From positions 8,242 through 72,241 of the forward strand of contig DMXL01000004.1 of NCBI GenBank assembly GCA_003483925.1: DNA of 64,000 nucleotides, given 5' to 3'. This stretch comes from Candidatus Peribacteria bacterium. Its GTDB lineage: Bacteria; Patescibacteriota; Gracilibacteria; Peribacterales; Peribacteraceae. The notes beneath the pieces were generated by a model. It was not told the DNA's origin. It ran no database searches and worked only from the letters and a program-made list of their open reading frames with translations. How positions within the stretch are numbered: position 1 is the stretch's first letter; each line of letters opens with the position of its first letter. This document shows, piece by piece, positions 53,834 through 64,000 of the stretch. The translations under genes and the position numbers were made by a program.

Positions 53834-53849
53834 TTTAATCAAATCTTAA
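53834..53849 (+). promoter_or_regulatory. TTTAA-N6-CTTAA motif copy
   Basis: TTTAAtcaaatCTTAA lies 46 nt upstream of the ATG at 53895. The surrounding ~35-nt block is similar to 55671-55705. Confidence 0.35.
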
Positions 53850-53894
53850 GCCCCCTTATCCTCCCCCTCGCTTCAGCCTCTTCTATTCTCCGCT

Positions 53895-55283
53895 ATGCTG
53901 CACTCCATGCAGAGAAGGGGACGCCGATGCTGCGGATGCATGGCACTCATAGGCGTATTGCTCCTTCAGAGCGCACACGCAGTCGCCACGAGCCCTCCGC
54001 CTTTTCCCGATATGGCGAAATCGTGGTACGGCTACCAGGAGAGTGTCACGTATCTGAAAGACAAAGGTTCCATCGGCGGGTACCCCGACGGACTCTTCCA
54101 TCCCAGAGAAACAGTCAACCGCGCGGAATTCCTCAAGCTCGTTTTCCGCTCCAAAGGCGCTGCCGAACCGGTTACGGAGAATTGTTTCGCCGATGTCCCT
54201 GCCGATGCGTGGTACGCGCCGTTCGTGTGCGCGGCCAAGCGGCGGGGGATGGTGAGCGGGTATAAGGTAGGATCGCGCGCGCTCTTCCGGCCGGAGCAGC
54301 CGATCATCTTCGCCGAGGCCATCAAGATGGCGGTGCTTGCGTACGGAAACGCCGTCACCGAGGGGCGGGGAGAGGAGTGGTACAAGCCGTACGTCGATGT
54401 CCTCGATAGCCGGAAGATTCTCGCGAGCTGGTCGTATGTTCCGTGGGACCCCATCACGCGCGAGCGCGCCGCCGATCTGATCGCCCGGTTCGTGCGGCAC
54501 GATGAAGACCGCGTGATCCCCAACCTCTCGCCCGGGTGCGGGAAAACCGAGCGCAGTCCTTCGCTCGTCCTCTCCGTCGGGGGGCGGGAGCGCACGTACC
54601 TGCTCACCCAAGCGCGCAACGCGAGTGCCGGTACCCCTTCGCCGCTCATCGTCGCCTTCCACGGCCGCACCAACAGCAATGCGCAAGTGCGGGAGTACTT
54701 CGGCCTGGATCGTGCGGCATCCGCGTATTTCATCGCCTACCCGGACGGCGTCTTAAGCGGGAACGGAAGCTACTCCTGGTCGGACCCGGGGGATCCGGCG
54801 CAGGAGCTGCGGGATTTCGCGGAATTCGATGCCATCGTGCGGGAAATCGCCGAGAGCGCGTGCATCGACATGGATCGCATTTTCGTGGTGGGCCATTCGC
54901 TCGGCGCGTGGTTCGCCAATGCCGTCGCGTGCGCGCGCGGAGGTATTGTGCGCGGTTCCGCCACCGTCGGCGGTTCCACGACGATGCAGAACTGCACGGG
55001 GCCTTCCGCCGCGATGATCATCAACAATCCGAAAGATGCCCTCTCGTCGCAGGTGACTGCGGAAGCGATGCGCGATATCCGTCTGGAAGAAAATGCGTGC
55101 ACCACGACGACGCGGCGTGCGGATCCCGCATCTCTCTCGTGCGTGCAGTATGCCGGTTGCATCCGGGATCCCGTCGTCTTCTGCCCGCATACCATCGATA
55201 CCGATCATCGCGGGGCGTACTACCCGCACGTGTGGCCACCGGGCACCGCGGAAGCGATGGTGAAGTTCTTCGGAGGGCTGTAG
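53895..55283 (+). CDS. SLH-domain esterase (PHB depolymerase / LpqC-like alpha/beta hydrolase)
   Basis: A signal peptide is followed by SLH blocks (FPDMAKSWYGYQESVTYLKDKGSIGGYPDGLF; FADVPADAWYAPFVCAAKRRGMVSGY), then LIVAFHGRTNS and the nucleophile elbow VVGHSLGAW. Confidence 0.75.
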   Translation: MLHSMQRRGRRCCGCMALIGVLLLQSAHAVATSPPPFPDMAKSWYGYQESVTYLKDKGSIGGYPDGLFHPRETVNRAEFLKLVFRSKGAAEPVTENCFADVPADAWYAPFVCAAKRRGMVSGYKVGSRALFRPEQPIIFAEAIKMAVLAYGNAVTEGRGEEWYKPYVDVLDSRKILASWSYVPWDPITRERAADLIARFVRHDEDRVIPNLSPGCGKTERSPSLVLSVGGRERTYLLTQARNASAGTPSPLIVAFHGRTNSNAQVREYFGLDRAASAYFIAYPDGVLSGNGSYSWSDPGDPAQELRDFAEFDAIVREIAESACIDMDRIFVVGHSLGAWFANAVACARGGIVRGSATVGGSTTMQNCTGPSAAMIINNPKDALSSQVTAEAMRDIRLEENACTTTTRRADPASLSCVQYAGCIRDPVVFCPHTIDTDHRGAYYPHVWPPGTAEAMVKFFGGL

Positions 55284-55601
55284 GACTTACGTTGCATGTA
55301 CTGCTGCCAAGAGCGTGTCGACCCTTCGACTACGCTCAGGGTGACACGCATGAAGGACTCAGGACAGGCTCTGGCGCGCCAGCCCACCAAACATCAATTA
55401 ACAAATCGCAACACACTCGGCGCCCTGCGAGCCGCCGTGGTACGACGTGGTGAGACAAGTAGACATCAAATGCAATGGGCCACAAATGTGTCAGTCTGAG
55501 CGTAGTCGAAGACTCGACACATTTGTGGCTTGGCGGCGTATCGACCCTTCGACTCCGCTCAGGGTGACACGCCTTTGGTGCTATTCACCCACAATGGCAC
55601 A

Positions 55602-55650
55602 AGCGCCGAAACCTTTTTGGCGCCACCTTTTTCAGTTATGAAAAAGGTGG
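55602..55650. repeat. 49-bp double-hairpin element, exact inverted copy of 8201-8249
   Basis: AGCGCCGAAACCTTTTTGGCGCCACCTTTTTCAGTTATGAAAAAGGTGG. Confidence 0.85.
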
Positions 55651-55681
55651 CAGAGGGCGGTTCAAGAAGGTGCCCCTTCCC

Positions 55682-55697
55682 TTTAACCAACTCTTAA
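55682..55697 (+). promoter_or_regulatory. TTTAA-N6-CTTAA motif copy
   Basis: TTTAAccaactCTTAA lies 31 nt upstream of the ATG at 55728. Confidence 0.3.
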
Positions 55698-55727
55698 CCC
55701 CCCCCCCTTCATTTTTCGAGGAACGAA

Positions 55728-56534
55728 ATGCACTTTACAAGCAGGTGTACACCTGTACACTCTCACTATGAATTTCTTGAAGGACGAAAATCGTGCGTGT
55801 ACAATACAAGTATTCCTCCCCACGGGTTTCCCCCGTGGCCCCCGGGCGGCTCGAGCCCCCGGGATTTTTTGTATGTTCTCATGTCACAACGCGTAATCGC
55901 TTTCATCGACGGCTTCAATCTCTATCACGCGCTTGATCTGTACGTGAAGTACCGGGTCCCCGGCTCCGAGGGGATGGAGATGAGAATGCCTTACCACCAA
56001 TATAAATGGCTGGATTTGAAGAAACTTTGCCAGTGTTTTCTCACGAAAGGAGAGGAACTGGTTACCGCGTACTATTTCACCGCCCTTGCCACGTGGTCAC
56101 CCGAGAAAATGGAACGCCACACACGATATATGAGAGCCTTGGAATGGACGGGGGTGAAGGTCGTGCATGGGGCATTCAGGGAAAAAGAGGTGTACTGCAC
56201 CCATTGCAAAACGACCTTCGTCAAACACGAGGAGAAGCGCACGGACGTCAATATCGCTATCCATCTCCTTGGCCTCGCTCAAGCGAATGCGTATGACCGA
56301 GCCCTTCTTATGACCGGTGACAGCGACCTGATCCCCGCAGTGGAATGGGTGCGTGCGCAGTATCCTCAGAAGCGCATCAGTGTCATCGTGCCCATTGCCC
56401 GACCCGTGACGAAGCACCTGCGTCTCGTGGCGAACGACCATGCAAAGATCAAAGAAGATCACTTGCGAAGGTGCCAGCTTCCTTCGACGATTATGCTTGA
56501 GAACGGTCAAGAGGTTATTTCGCCCTATTCATGA
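55728..56534 (+). CDS. NYN-domain (LabA-like) protein
   Basis: VIAFIDGFNLYHAL, TDVNIAIHLL and LLMTGDSDLIPAV are NYN acidic blocks. The ATG at 55728 has GAGGA 6 nt upstream. The conserved domain only begins at the alternative ATG at 55881. Confidence 0.75.
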   Translation: MHFTSRCTPVHSHYEFLEGRKSCVYNTSIPPHGFPPWPPGGSSPRDFLYVLMSQRVIAFIDGFNLYHALDLYVKYRVPGSEGMEMRMPYHQYKWLDLKKLCQCFLTKGEELVTAYYFTALATWSPEKMERHTRYMRALEWTGVKVVHGAFREKEVYCTHCKTTFVKHEEKRTDVNIAIHLLGLAQANAYDRALLMTGDSDLIPAVEWVRAQYPQKRISVIVPIARPVTKHLRLVANDHAKIKEDHLRRCQLPSTIMLENGQEVISPYS

Positions 56535-56605
56535 AACGAGAGGGAGTACCCTTCGGACGGGACCTTAGGTGTGCCCTCTCATCGTGATGGAATCATCATC
56601 CTGCG
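56534..56605 (+). repeat. 72-nt structured repeat (copy 2)
   Basis: It starts at the last base of the NYN stop codon. See 50550-50621. Confidence 0.8.
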
Positions 56606-56702
56606 GCCAGAGAACCAAATCAATGAGAAATTCGAGAGAGAATCCGCAAGAGAGTTATGCGCGAAGGGCTCAGGATGACACAATGGAAGGTTTTATCATG
56701 CA

Positions 56703-57719
56703 TCACTCATTCTCCTTCAAGTTCTCCCGCAGAAAAGCAGTCGTCCGTCGCATGAAGTCTTCCCATTGCGAGATGAATTCGTGTTTCTCGCCTTCGTAGG
56801 TGACGAAGGTGACATCCTTGCCCAGCTCTCTGAGCTTCGCATCCAGGAATGTCGCCCACTCCGGCGGGACGTCTGCGTCCGCCGTGCCCTGGAAGAGGAG
56901 GATCGGTGCGGTGATAGCGCGCAGGAATGTGAGGGAGGAGAGCGCATCCCAGGCTTCCGGATGCTCAGAGCGCGTGCCGAGCGCCTCCAGCGTGCGATCC
57001 TCTTGATCGCGCTCGGAGCGCCAGCGCGTGAAATTTTCCCATGCGTCGGCGTGTACGGGGGCGTAGAGCACGAAGGCGCTCACGAGGTCCGGTCGTGCAG
57101 TGGCGATATTCAGCGAGACCCCTCCGCCGAGCGAGTGGCCCAGCATGCCGACCCGCCGCGCATCCACCTGCGGCAGGCGTGCTTCGCGTACCGCAAGGAT
57201 CGCGTTGGCGCTGTCCATGCTGTACTCAAGTCCGGCGTCGTAGACTTCCCGCACGTCGGGACTGGGATCCGATCCGGCATGTCCGCGGTAGTCGGGATGG
57301 AGCACGGCGAAGCCGTGGCGTGCCAGATAGTCCTGCTCGCGCTTGAGTCCCCGGCCTTGCGTGTAGACGGCGGGGGCGATGTAGCCGTGATTAAGCACGA
57401 CGAGCGGGAACGGGCCCTCGCCCTTGGGGATGTTCATGATGCCGCTCAAGAGCAGCCCATTGCTCCGGTACGTGATGGCGTAGCGCGTGTAGGCGGCATT
57501 GGTTGCGAGGATGTCCCCGAGCGTGAAGCCGGTCCCCGCGAGGCGCATCGCGCCGAAGTGCCGGATCGAGAGCTCCGATGGTACTTGCTCGAGGGCGGGT
57601 TCTTCCACTTGCAGAGCGCCGCTGCCGGAGGTCCCGTCCTTGCCCGCGAGGTTTTGCGAGGCGGGGGAACAGGCGGTCAGGAGCAGGAGGCCGAGGGTGA
57701 AGCCGAAGAGCCGGGTCAT
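56703..57719 (-). CDS. Alpha/beta hydrolase lipoprotein (S9 / dienelactone hydrolase-like)
   Basis: Lipobox LLLLTACS, nucleophile elbow GMLGHSLGGG and C-terminal acid/His region DADVP...GEKHEF. Confidence 0.8.
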   Translation of the reverse strand: MTRLFGFTLGLLLLTACSPASQNLAGKDGTSGSGALQVEEPALEQVPSELSIRHFGAMRLAGTGFTLGDILATNAAYTRYAITYRSNGLLLSGIMNIPKGEGPFPLVVLNHGYIAPAVYTQGRGLKREQDYLARHGFAVLHPDYRGHAGSDPSPDVREVYDAGLEYSMDSANAILAVREARLPQVDARRVGMLGHSLGGGVSLNIATARPDLVSAFVLYAPVHADAWENFTRWRSERDQEDRTLEALGTRSEHPEAWDALSSLTFLRAITAPILLFQGTADADVPPEWATFLDAKLRELGKDVTFVTYEGEKHEFISQWEDFMRRTTAFLRENLKENE

Positions 57720-57944
57720 GCACGCATGCTAGAGCGACCTCTGGAACTCTTCCACTCCCTTGAGCCCGTGCCCGGATACGGTGAGCAGGCATCGATCGTT
57801 TCGTCGCAGCCAGGAAGCCCAAGTGTCATGGTTCGTGGTTCGACTACGCTCACCATGACACGAGCTCACCATGGCACGCTTCCCTAGGCATGAAGGGAAG
57901 GCTCCCTTTTCATTTCTCTGAACAGCATGTGATACACTATTCAA

Positions 57945-60035
57945 ATGAAGAAAAACGCCCGCTCTTCCAGGAAATCCGTGAGTGCCGCTGTTTTGGCTGC
58001 CGCGGGAGTTGCCTCCATCGTGATGGGCATCGTCACGGTGGTTCTCGAAGAGCATGGCATCTCTGCCGGCCGTCTCGCGCAGGTCGCCGGGAAGTGCGGC
58101 GCAGCACAGGCATCGGACACCTTCATCAAGACGTACCGCATGCGCGATCGCGCCGAAGGATACGGCGTCCTGTCCCTGAAAGACGGCGGATACCTTCTCA
58201 CGGGCGATACCACCTATAGTTCCGGGATGGGCGTATGGAATGCGTTCGTCGTCCGGACCGACGCGAAGGGGGCGGCTCTCTGGAGCCGTCAATTCGGCAG
58301 CATGAGCGCGGCGCAGGGCGTGCTGACGGAAACGAAGCGCCTCTCCGTAGAGACGAGTGACGGCAATCTCGTCGTCGCGGGAGATATCATCGATTTCTAC
58401 GACGCGGCGTACGAGGACAGGAAGGAGGGTTGGGGGGATGTGATGGTGACGAAGCTGGACGGCGACGGGAACAGGATATGGTCGACGATGGTCGGCGACT
58501 ACAGCATGGATTTCCCGCAGAGGATGTGGGCGGCGTCCGACGGAGGCGTCATCCTCCTCGCCAAACTCAAGGAGATGGGTCACGGCTCGGACATCGCGGA
58601 CTTCGACGCCGTGCCGGGCTACAGCGCCGTCATCAAGTTTGACGGGAAAGGGAAGGTGCAGTGGAGCAGGAAGATGGATTGGGTCGCAACCGATATGGAG
58701 GCGTTGGCCGACGGCGGCTTCATCGCGGTGGCCGACGTCGCTGCCGCGGATGTTCCGATGGGCAAACTGCCGGCCATCATCCGATTGGACAACACAGCGA
58801 AAGTTCTGTGGTCCAAGAGCATCGAAACGACGCCGATGGAGATCCCTTCGGTGACCGGGACCACCTCCGACGATCTGAAAATCGGCATGAAGCAATTCCG
58901 TCTGTCCGGCGGCGATTTCCGCTCGGTGAAACAAGCGCCGGACGGAGGGTTCATCGCGTTCGGGCGCTACTTCAATGCCGCTCAGTTCATTGGCGGCGGA
59001 GCGAGCGTCCAGAGCCTCATCGATGCCATCCCCACGGTGGCGGTGAAGGTGAACGCCCAGGGGAAGTACCAGTGGGCCAGGAGCGTGAAGACGACCGGCG
59101 GCACGCTCGACACGGATCTCCATGTCGCGAAGACGAATGACGGGGGATTTGTCATTGCCCGCAATGTGATGCGGAAAGCCGGGTCGTTGAAGGATATGGT
59201 GAGCACGGTGGAGCTCGTCAAAGTGAACGCGAATGCGGATCCGCAGTGGGGCAAAAAAATCGACATCGAACGGAATACGGCCGGCTACGATATCCGCCCG
59301 GCGAGAGACGGAGGCGTCGTCGTTTCGGGCAGGGTCGTCACGACCGAACAGCATATGATCATGGGCAGCCTGGAGCCGTACGAGGAAGCGCTCCTCGTCA
59401 AAGCCGATATCAATGGAAATGTCAGCGGCGCGGGCGTCGTGACCGATGGCGCGCAGGCGATCGCAGGGGACGTAAGCTCCTATCTGATCATGCAGAACAT
59501 GACGGTGCGCACGGAGGATCTGAAGTTGCCGATCAATAAGAGCGTCGGTTCGGACGTATCGGATATCGAGGACAAGCAGCGAACGATCGTTGCGTACGCC
59601 CATGCGAGCGTGAAGCCCGTCTGTTCCTCTCTGAAGGCCGGCGGATCGGGGGCGCCGTCGGCGGCGGCGGGGCAGGATGCGCAGCCCCAGGCCAAGGGCT
59701 GGCCGCAGATCAGCTTCGAGAGCGCCGCTGAGGCGAAGATCGAGACCGAGAAGAGCCGGACGATTCACGCGGAGCTCCTCCCGATTCTCAAGAAGGTGTA
59801 CGCCGATCAGGTGAAGATGATCGACAATACGAGTGGTCTGTGGCTCACGTACTCGTTCCCGCGTCAGGCGACCGTCGCCGACCGGGAAGCGGTGCAGAAG
59901 GCGTACGAGAAGCTTGGCTACAAGGTGGACGAGTCTGAAGGGGGGCATCTCACCGTCTCCAAGGTCGGCCTGTCCCTGCGCATGACGTTCTCGATCAACA
60001 ATGCCATGAAGGGGAAACTGGAGGTGATGTGGTGA
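57945..60035 (+). CDS. Membrane-anchored beta-propeller repeat protein (SBBP-like repeats, tentative)
   Basis: N-terminal anchor plus seven DGG[FYV]-type repeats (LKDGGYLLTGD, TSDGNLVVAGD, ASDGGVILLAK, LADGGFIAVAD, APDGGFIAFGR, TNDGGFVIARN, ARDGGVVVSGR). Confidence 0.7.
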   Translation: MKKNARSSRKSVSAAVLAAAGVASIVMGIVTVVLEEHGISAGRLAQVAGKCGAAQASDTFIKTYRMRDRAEGYGVLSLKDGGYLLTGDTTYSSGMGVWNAFVVRTDAKGAALWSRQFGSMSAAQGVLTETKRLSVETSDGNLVVAGDIIDFYDAAYEDRKEGWGDVMVTKLDGDGNRIWSTMVGDYSMDFPQRMWAASDGGVILLAKLKEMGHGSDIADFDAVPGYSAVIKFDGKGKVQWSRKMDWVATDMEALADGGFIAVADVAAADVPMGKLPAIIRLDNTAKVLWSKSIETTPMEIPSVTGTTSDDLKIGMKQFRLSGGDFRSVKQAPDGGFIAFGRYFNAAQFIGGGASVQSLIDAIPTVAVKVNAQGKYQWARSVKTTGGTLDTDLHVAKTNDGGFVIARNVMRKAGSLKDMVSTVELVKVNANADPQWGKKIDIERNTAGYDIRPARDGGVVVSGRVVTTEQHMIMGSLEPYEEALLVKADINGNVSGAGVVTDGAQAIAGDVSSYLIMQNMTVRTEDLKLPINKSVGSDVSDIEDKQRTIVAYAHASVKPVCSSLKAGGSGAPSAAAGQDAQPQAKGWPQISFESAAEAKIETEKSRTIHAELLPILKKVYADQVKMIDNTSGLWLTYSFPRQATVADREAVQKAYEKLGYKVDESEGGHLTVSKVGLSLRMTFSINNAMKGKLEVMW

Positions 60036-60075
60036 GGGATGGGACTGGTGGACGATTTCAGAAAGATCCGTTGTA

Positions 60076-61554
60076 TCAGCGTCGTTGGATGTTCCATGAC
60101 TTCCGTGCGCGCAGGAGGACATCGGTCAGCGTGAACTCGTAGAACCGCTTCTCATCCGTGATGGCGGATTTTTTCGCAAGCCAGTCGTTCCAATCGGCAT
60201 TATGAAGACTCTCTTCCCCGGCGAGATCGTACACATCGCCGGACAGCATCCGCAGCTCAAGCATGTCTATCCTTGAATCAGCGCGCCTTGCGAGCGCACG
60301 ATTGGCGCGAAAGATCATTTGTTCAACCGGCAAGATCGTCGCAACCGCGTACATCCAAATGAATGCGATAACGAGATAGCGAAGGATGTCAGTTTTGCCG
60401 GATTGAAACAATGCCGTGATGAGACGGACAAAGAGAAAAACGGCAAAGACCACCGTGTACGCCGCGAAAAACTTCTCGTAACTGAAACCATAGTAAAACA
60501 CGTACATGCCCATGCGTTTCGCTGCAGAAAGAAGCAGGAACAGCGACGCAAACATGAACGCAATGAGCATGGTCTGAACCGGTTTGGATGTGCGGCGATA
60601 GTACAGAAGGAAGAGAAGGACGTTGATGCCGCTTAAGAAGAAGAGTTGCCAGAAACCGCTCTTCACCAGCTGTTCGGTATCCAGAAATTGTTGCGGGAGC
60701 TCATAGACCCACAGCGTCTGCAGTTGCGTGAAAAGGAAGAGAACATAGAGCAGGAGGATGCCGCCCAGCACGATGCCGGACACGACGGCATCCATGTGTT
60801 TCATGTCCGTGTGCCCGGAAAACTCCTCCTCTTTCGTCCACTGGATCAGCCCCGCAAGGATCAGCAATGACAGGACGATGAAGACGACGATCTTCATGAT
60901 CGTATCGAATGCGATGATGGCGATAACGGCGCGATAGAAATCCTGCATCATGTTCGCGAATGCGGAGTCGGCGCCGGAGAGAAGGGGGATGAAAAGGATC
61001 GATGCCGCGGCGGCGAAAATCCCGCATCCGAGCGCAATCCGTTTCACAAGATCCGATCGCCTCTCTCCGCCCGGAATCACGGCACAGACGACCAGAGATA
61101 CGGCATGCTGCCCCTGACCGACGATCCCCAGTCCGCGCTCCAATAGCCGCTTCACCCAGAGGAGGTTCCAGACGACCGTCTGATGCTGCCGGGTCGATGT
61201 CATGATCCAGTACGATGCGAACAGGATCGGCAGCACCGCCATGTTGACAGCCTTCACGTATGGATTTTCGTACAGGGAATAGCTGAGAGCGACCAAGAGA
61301 AGCGGAATGAACCACACGAGCTCGCGTCTGGTGATGCTCCTTCGTTGCGCATGCGCGTACAGCATGATCATGCATGCGACGAAGAATGTGAGGTTCCACC
61401 CGAGCGCATCCACTCCCTTGCTCCATATCCCCCACAGAGTGACCACCCAATACAGCGCCAGCAAAAACGCCGCGTACACGGTACTACGTTTCGTAAGGTG
61501 CGTGAGCATAGGGAGGAATGATAGTGGAAGATGCCTATCTTTCCAGTCATTCAT
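60076..61554 (-). CDS. Polytopic membrane protein, family uncertain (DUF4153/DUF4173-like?)
   Basis: About 10-12 TM spans followed by a soluble C-terminal tail. Confidence 0.6.
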   Translation of the reverse strand: MNDWKDRHLPLSFLPMLTHLTKRSTVYAAFLLALYWVVTLWGIWSKGVDALGWNLTFFVACMIMLYAHAQRRSITRRELVWFIPLLLVALSYSLYENPYVKAVNMAVLPILFASYWIMTSTRQHQTVVWNLLWVKRLLERGLGIVGQGQHAVSLVVCAVIPGGERRSDLVKRIALGCGIFAAAASILFIPLLSGADSAFANMMQDFYRAVIAIIAFDTIMKIVVFIVLSLLILAGLIQWTKEEEFSGHTDMKHMDAVVSGIVLGGILLLYVLFLFTQLQTLWVYELPQQFLDTEQLVKSGFWQLFFLSGINVLLFLLYYRRTSKPVQTMLIAFMFASLFLLLSAAKRMGMYVFYYGFSYEKFFAAYTVVFAVFLFVRLITALFQSGKTDILRYLVIAFIWMYAVATILPVEQMIFRANRALARRADSRIDMLELRMLSGDVYDLAGEESLHNADWNDWLAKKSAITDEKRFYEFTLTDVLLRARKSWNIQRR

Positions 61555-61698
61555 CCAAGAGATTGTTGATGAGTCCGTGGGCTGCTTCAGTCCTTACTAT
61601 TGGTGGCTGGGCGGAACGGTCGCGAACTTTTTTTGTTGAGTCCCAGACAAGGGTTTTGAAGGTTGGAATTTAGAAATGAGAGGGCAAGACGGTCCAGG

Positions 61699-62283
61699 TT
61701 ATTCAGCTTGACCCCTTTGCCTAAAGCATCCGTGAGAATCAGAAATGACTTTCCCATCATTTACTTCAAATTTTTCATTTATGAATGAACCAGAATCACT
61801 CAATGATATTAGACTTGGGGTCGAATCCATTCTTTCCCCACTCGTAAATACCAATGCAATTGGAATTGGCCGTTGAAGATTTTCTAATGCGATCTTAAAA
61901 GCGCCAATCTTATTAACCTCAGGTGCATAGATCAAAAGGTTCGGAACTATTGACTTTTGTGATTCTAATGTAAAAAATTTCCCGTCCGCTGTTTTCCAAA
62001 GCGGATCGGCTTGTACGATTTCCGTATTTTGACAAAAAGAGATTGCTGCAACCCACGCGCTTGAAATGAAATCACCGTGATTTTTAGCCTTAAAATAAAC
62101 ATCAAATGGTTTGTCACGTTCTAAAGCTATTGTCTCTGGAGATTCCATCTGTATTTCGATCGCAGATTTAGCATTCAAATCCTTTAATTGTTGATAAGAC
62201 AAAATCAGAGTTGGGATTCCGATTAGGATTCCGATTATTGTAGCAATTGATGAAATCGTAGAAAGATCTTCCTTTGTACACAT
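61699..62283 (-). CDS. Hypothetical single-TM protein (low-GC ORFan)
   Basis: TM span ISSIATIIGILIGIPTLIL. GC is under 40% by eye, against about 58% in the flanks. Confidence 0.5.
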   Translation of the reverse strand: MCTKEDLSTISSIATIIGILIGIPTLILSYQQLKDLNAKSAIEIQMESPETIALERDKPFDVYFKAKNHGDFISSAWVAAISFCQNTEIVQADPLWKTADGKFFTLESQKSIVPNLLIYAPEVNKIGAFKIALENLQRPIPIALVFTSGERMDSTPSLISLSDSGSFINEKFEVNDGKVISDSHGCFRQRGQAE

Positions 62284-62351
62284 AGAGCTATTTTAGCAAA
62301 GTATTGGCTTTTTAGGTATAAATATGCACCACGGTCGCGTGCACATGTTGG

Positions 62352-62600
62352 CTATTGTAATAGTAGCACTCTCTTCTTCAGGATTGCTGCGCCTGATCCG
62401 GTTTTTAAGTATTGCTCAAGTGAGCGCGCCTGCTCCTGAGTCTTGACAGCTATGTAAGCTTCCAGAGTGATAGGCAATCTCTTGGATGTTGAAATACATT
62501 CTCCATGTTCATGCTGTTCCAGACGACGCTGAAGATTATTGGTGGAACCAACATACGTGTTGCCATCTTTGTTGCTTCTGAGAACGTAAACATACCACAT
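62352..62600 (-). CDS. GIY-YIG nuclease superfamily protein (82 aa)
   Basis: MWYVYVLRSNKDGNTYVGSTNNLQRRLEQHEHG. Confidence 0.75.
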   Translation of the reverse strand: MWYVYVLRSNKDGNTYVGSTNNLQRRLEQHEHGECISTSKRLPITLEAYIAVKTQEQARSLEQYLKTGSGAAILKKRVLLLQ

Positions 62601-62954
62601 GGCAGATCAGTGTAGCCCCCCTGCGCTCGACTCGCTACGCTCATCGAGCTTCGGGGGACAACCTGCGCGACATACATCAAAAACAAGCGGGTATTTTGGC
62701 CCGCCAACCGAAGCGCCGGAGCGCGCAGGTTGGCTGCAATTGCTGAACAAAATTCGAACCGACCTTCGCTAAAGCTACGGCCGGCAGGCGGAATTGAGCT
62801 GAACGACCGGCGGCGGCCGCAAAACTTCGCGCGCCCGGCCGCCGCCGCACTACCGAACGGCTGGCCGTTTCCAGGCGATTTCCAGCTGCTCTCAAACGGG
62901 TGGCACATGAAGAATCTCTGGATTATATTCGGGAATTCCCAGATAATCTCGACG

Positions 62955-64000
<1,046 letters not shown>

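Noticed and set aside
57729-60122. 797-aa minus-strand ORF antisense to the beta-propeller gene. The same pattern applies to other long antisense ORFs: 20581-23745 (+), 32991-34829 (-), 11154-12554 (+), 12597-13892 (+), 18064-19128 (+), 38730-40169 (+), 1767-2834 (-) and 27011-27823 (+).
   Set aside because: Their translations are Arg/Gly/His/Asp-rich low-complexity sequence with no motifs. The opposite strand in each case encodes a protein with clear family signatures (UvrA, IleRS, RSH, HlyD and so on). These are typical stop-poor shadow frames of high-GC DNA.

Overview
This is a 64-kb, gene-dense piece of a high-GC bacterial chromosome (roughly 55-60% GC by eye). It probably comes from an uncultivated lineage that I cannot place reliably. 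Housekeeping content: a 5'-truncated ketosynthase, tmRNA, tRNA-Arg(UCG), ileS, uvrA, a RelA/SpoT homologue behind a Nudix gene, riboflavin genes (ribE-ribH, then ribBA 3 kb further on), an M20 peptidase, MFS and ArsP-type permeases, and a MacAB-like efflux operon divergent from an OmpR/histidine-kinase pair. Envelope content: four SLH-domain proteins, a sortase next to an LPNTG ice-binding-like protein, a beta-propeller protein, and a 3'-truncated FN3 surface protein. Accessory content: a low-GC island at 43.9-50.5 kb (type IIG R-M enzyme, Fic, a PD-(D/E)xK protein, ORFans, an orphan RelB/DinJ) and two small low-GC islets, each with a GIY-YIG gene. Intergenic space is packed with several repeat and hairpin families. 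The most notable observations are: (1) a complete histidine-phosphatase domain inserted inside IleRS; (2) an RSH enzyme with an apparently degenerate synthetase fused to a 10-TM DMT/EamA domain; (3) a yTTAA-N6-CTTAA direct-repeat motif linking the two-component system to six loci; (4) a (CT)16 tract in the 5' coding end of a surface protein; (5) hairpins with 8-nt tandem-repeat arms that bracket a permease gene; (6) a candidate uncharacterised gene pair beside the R-M enzyme. All family assignments come from motif recognition by eye, and no searches were run. The long antisense ORFs in the track are GC-driven shadows.
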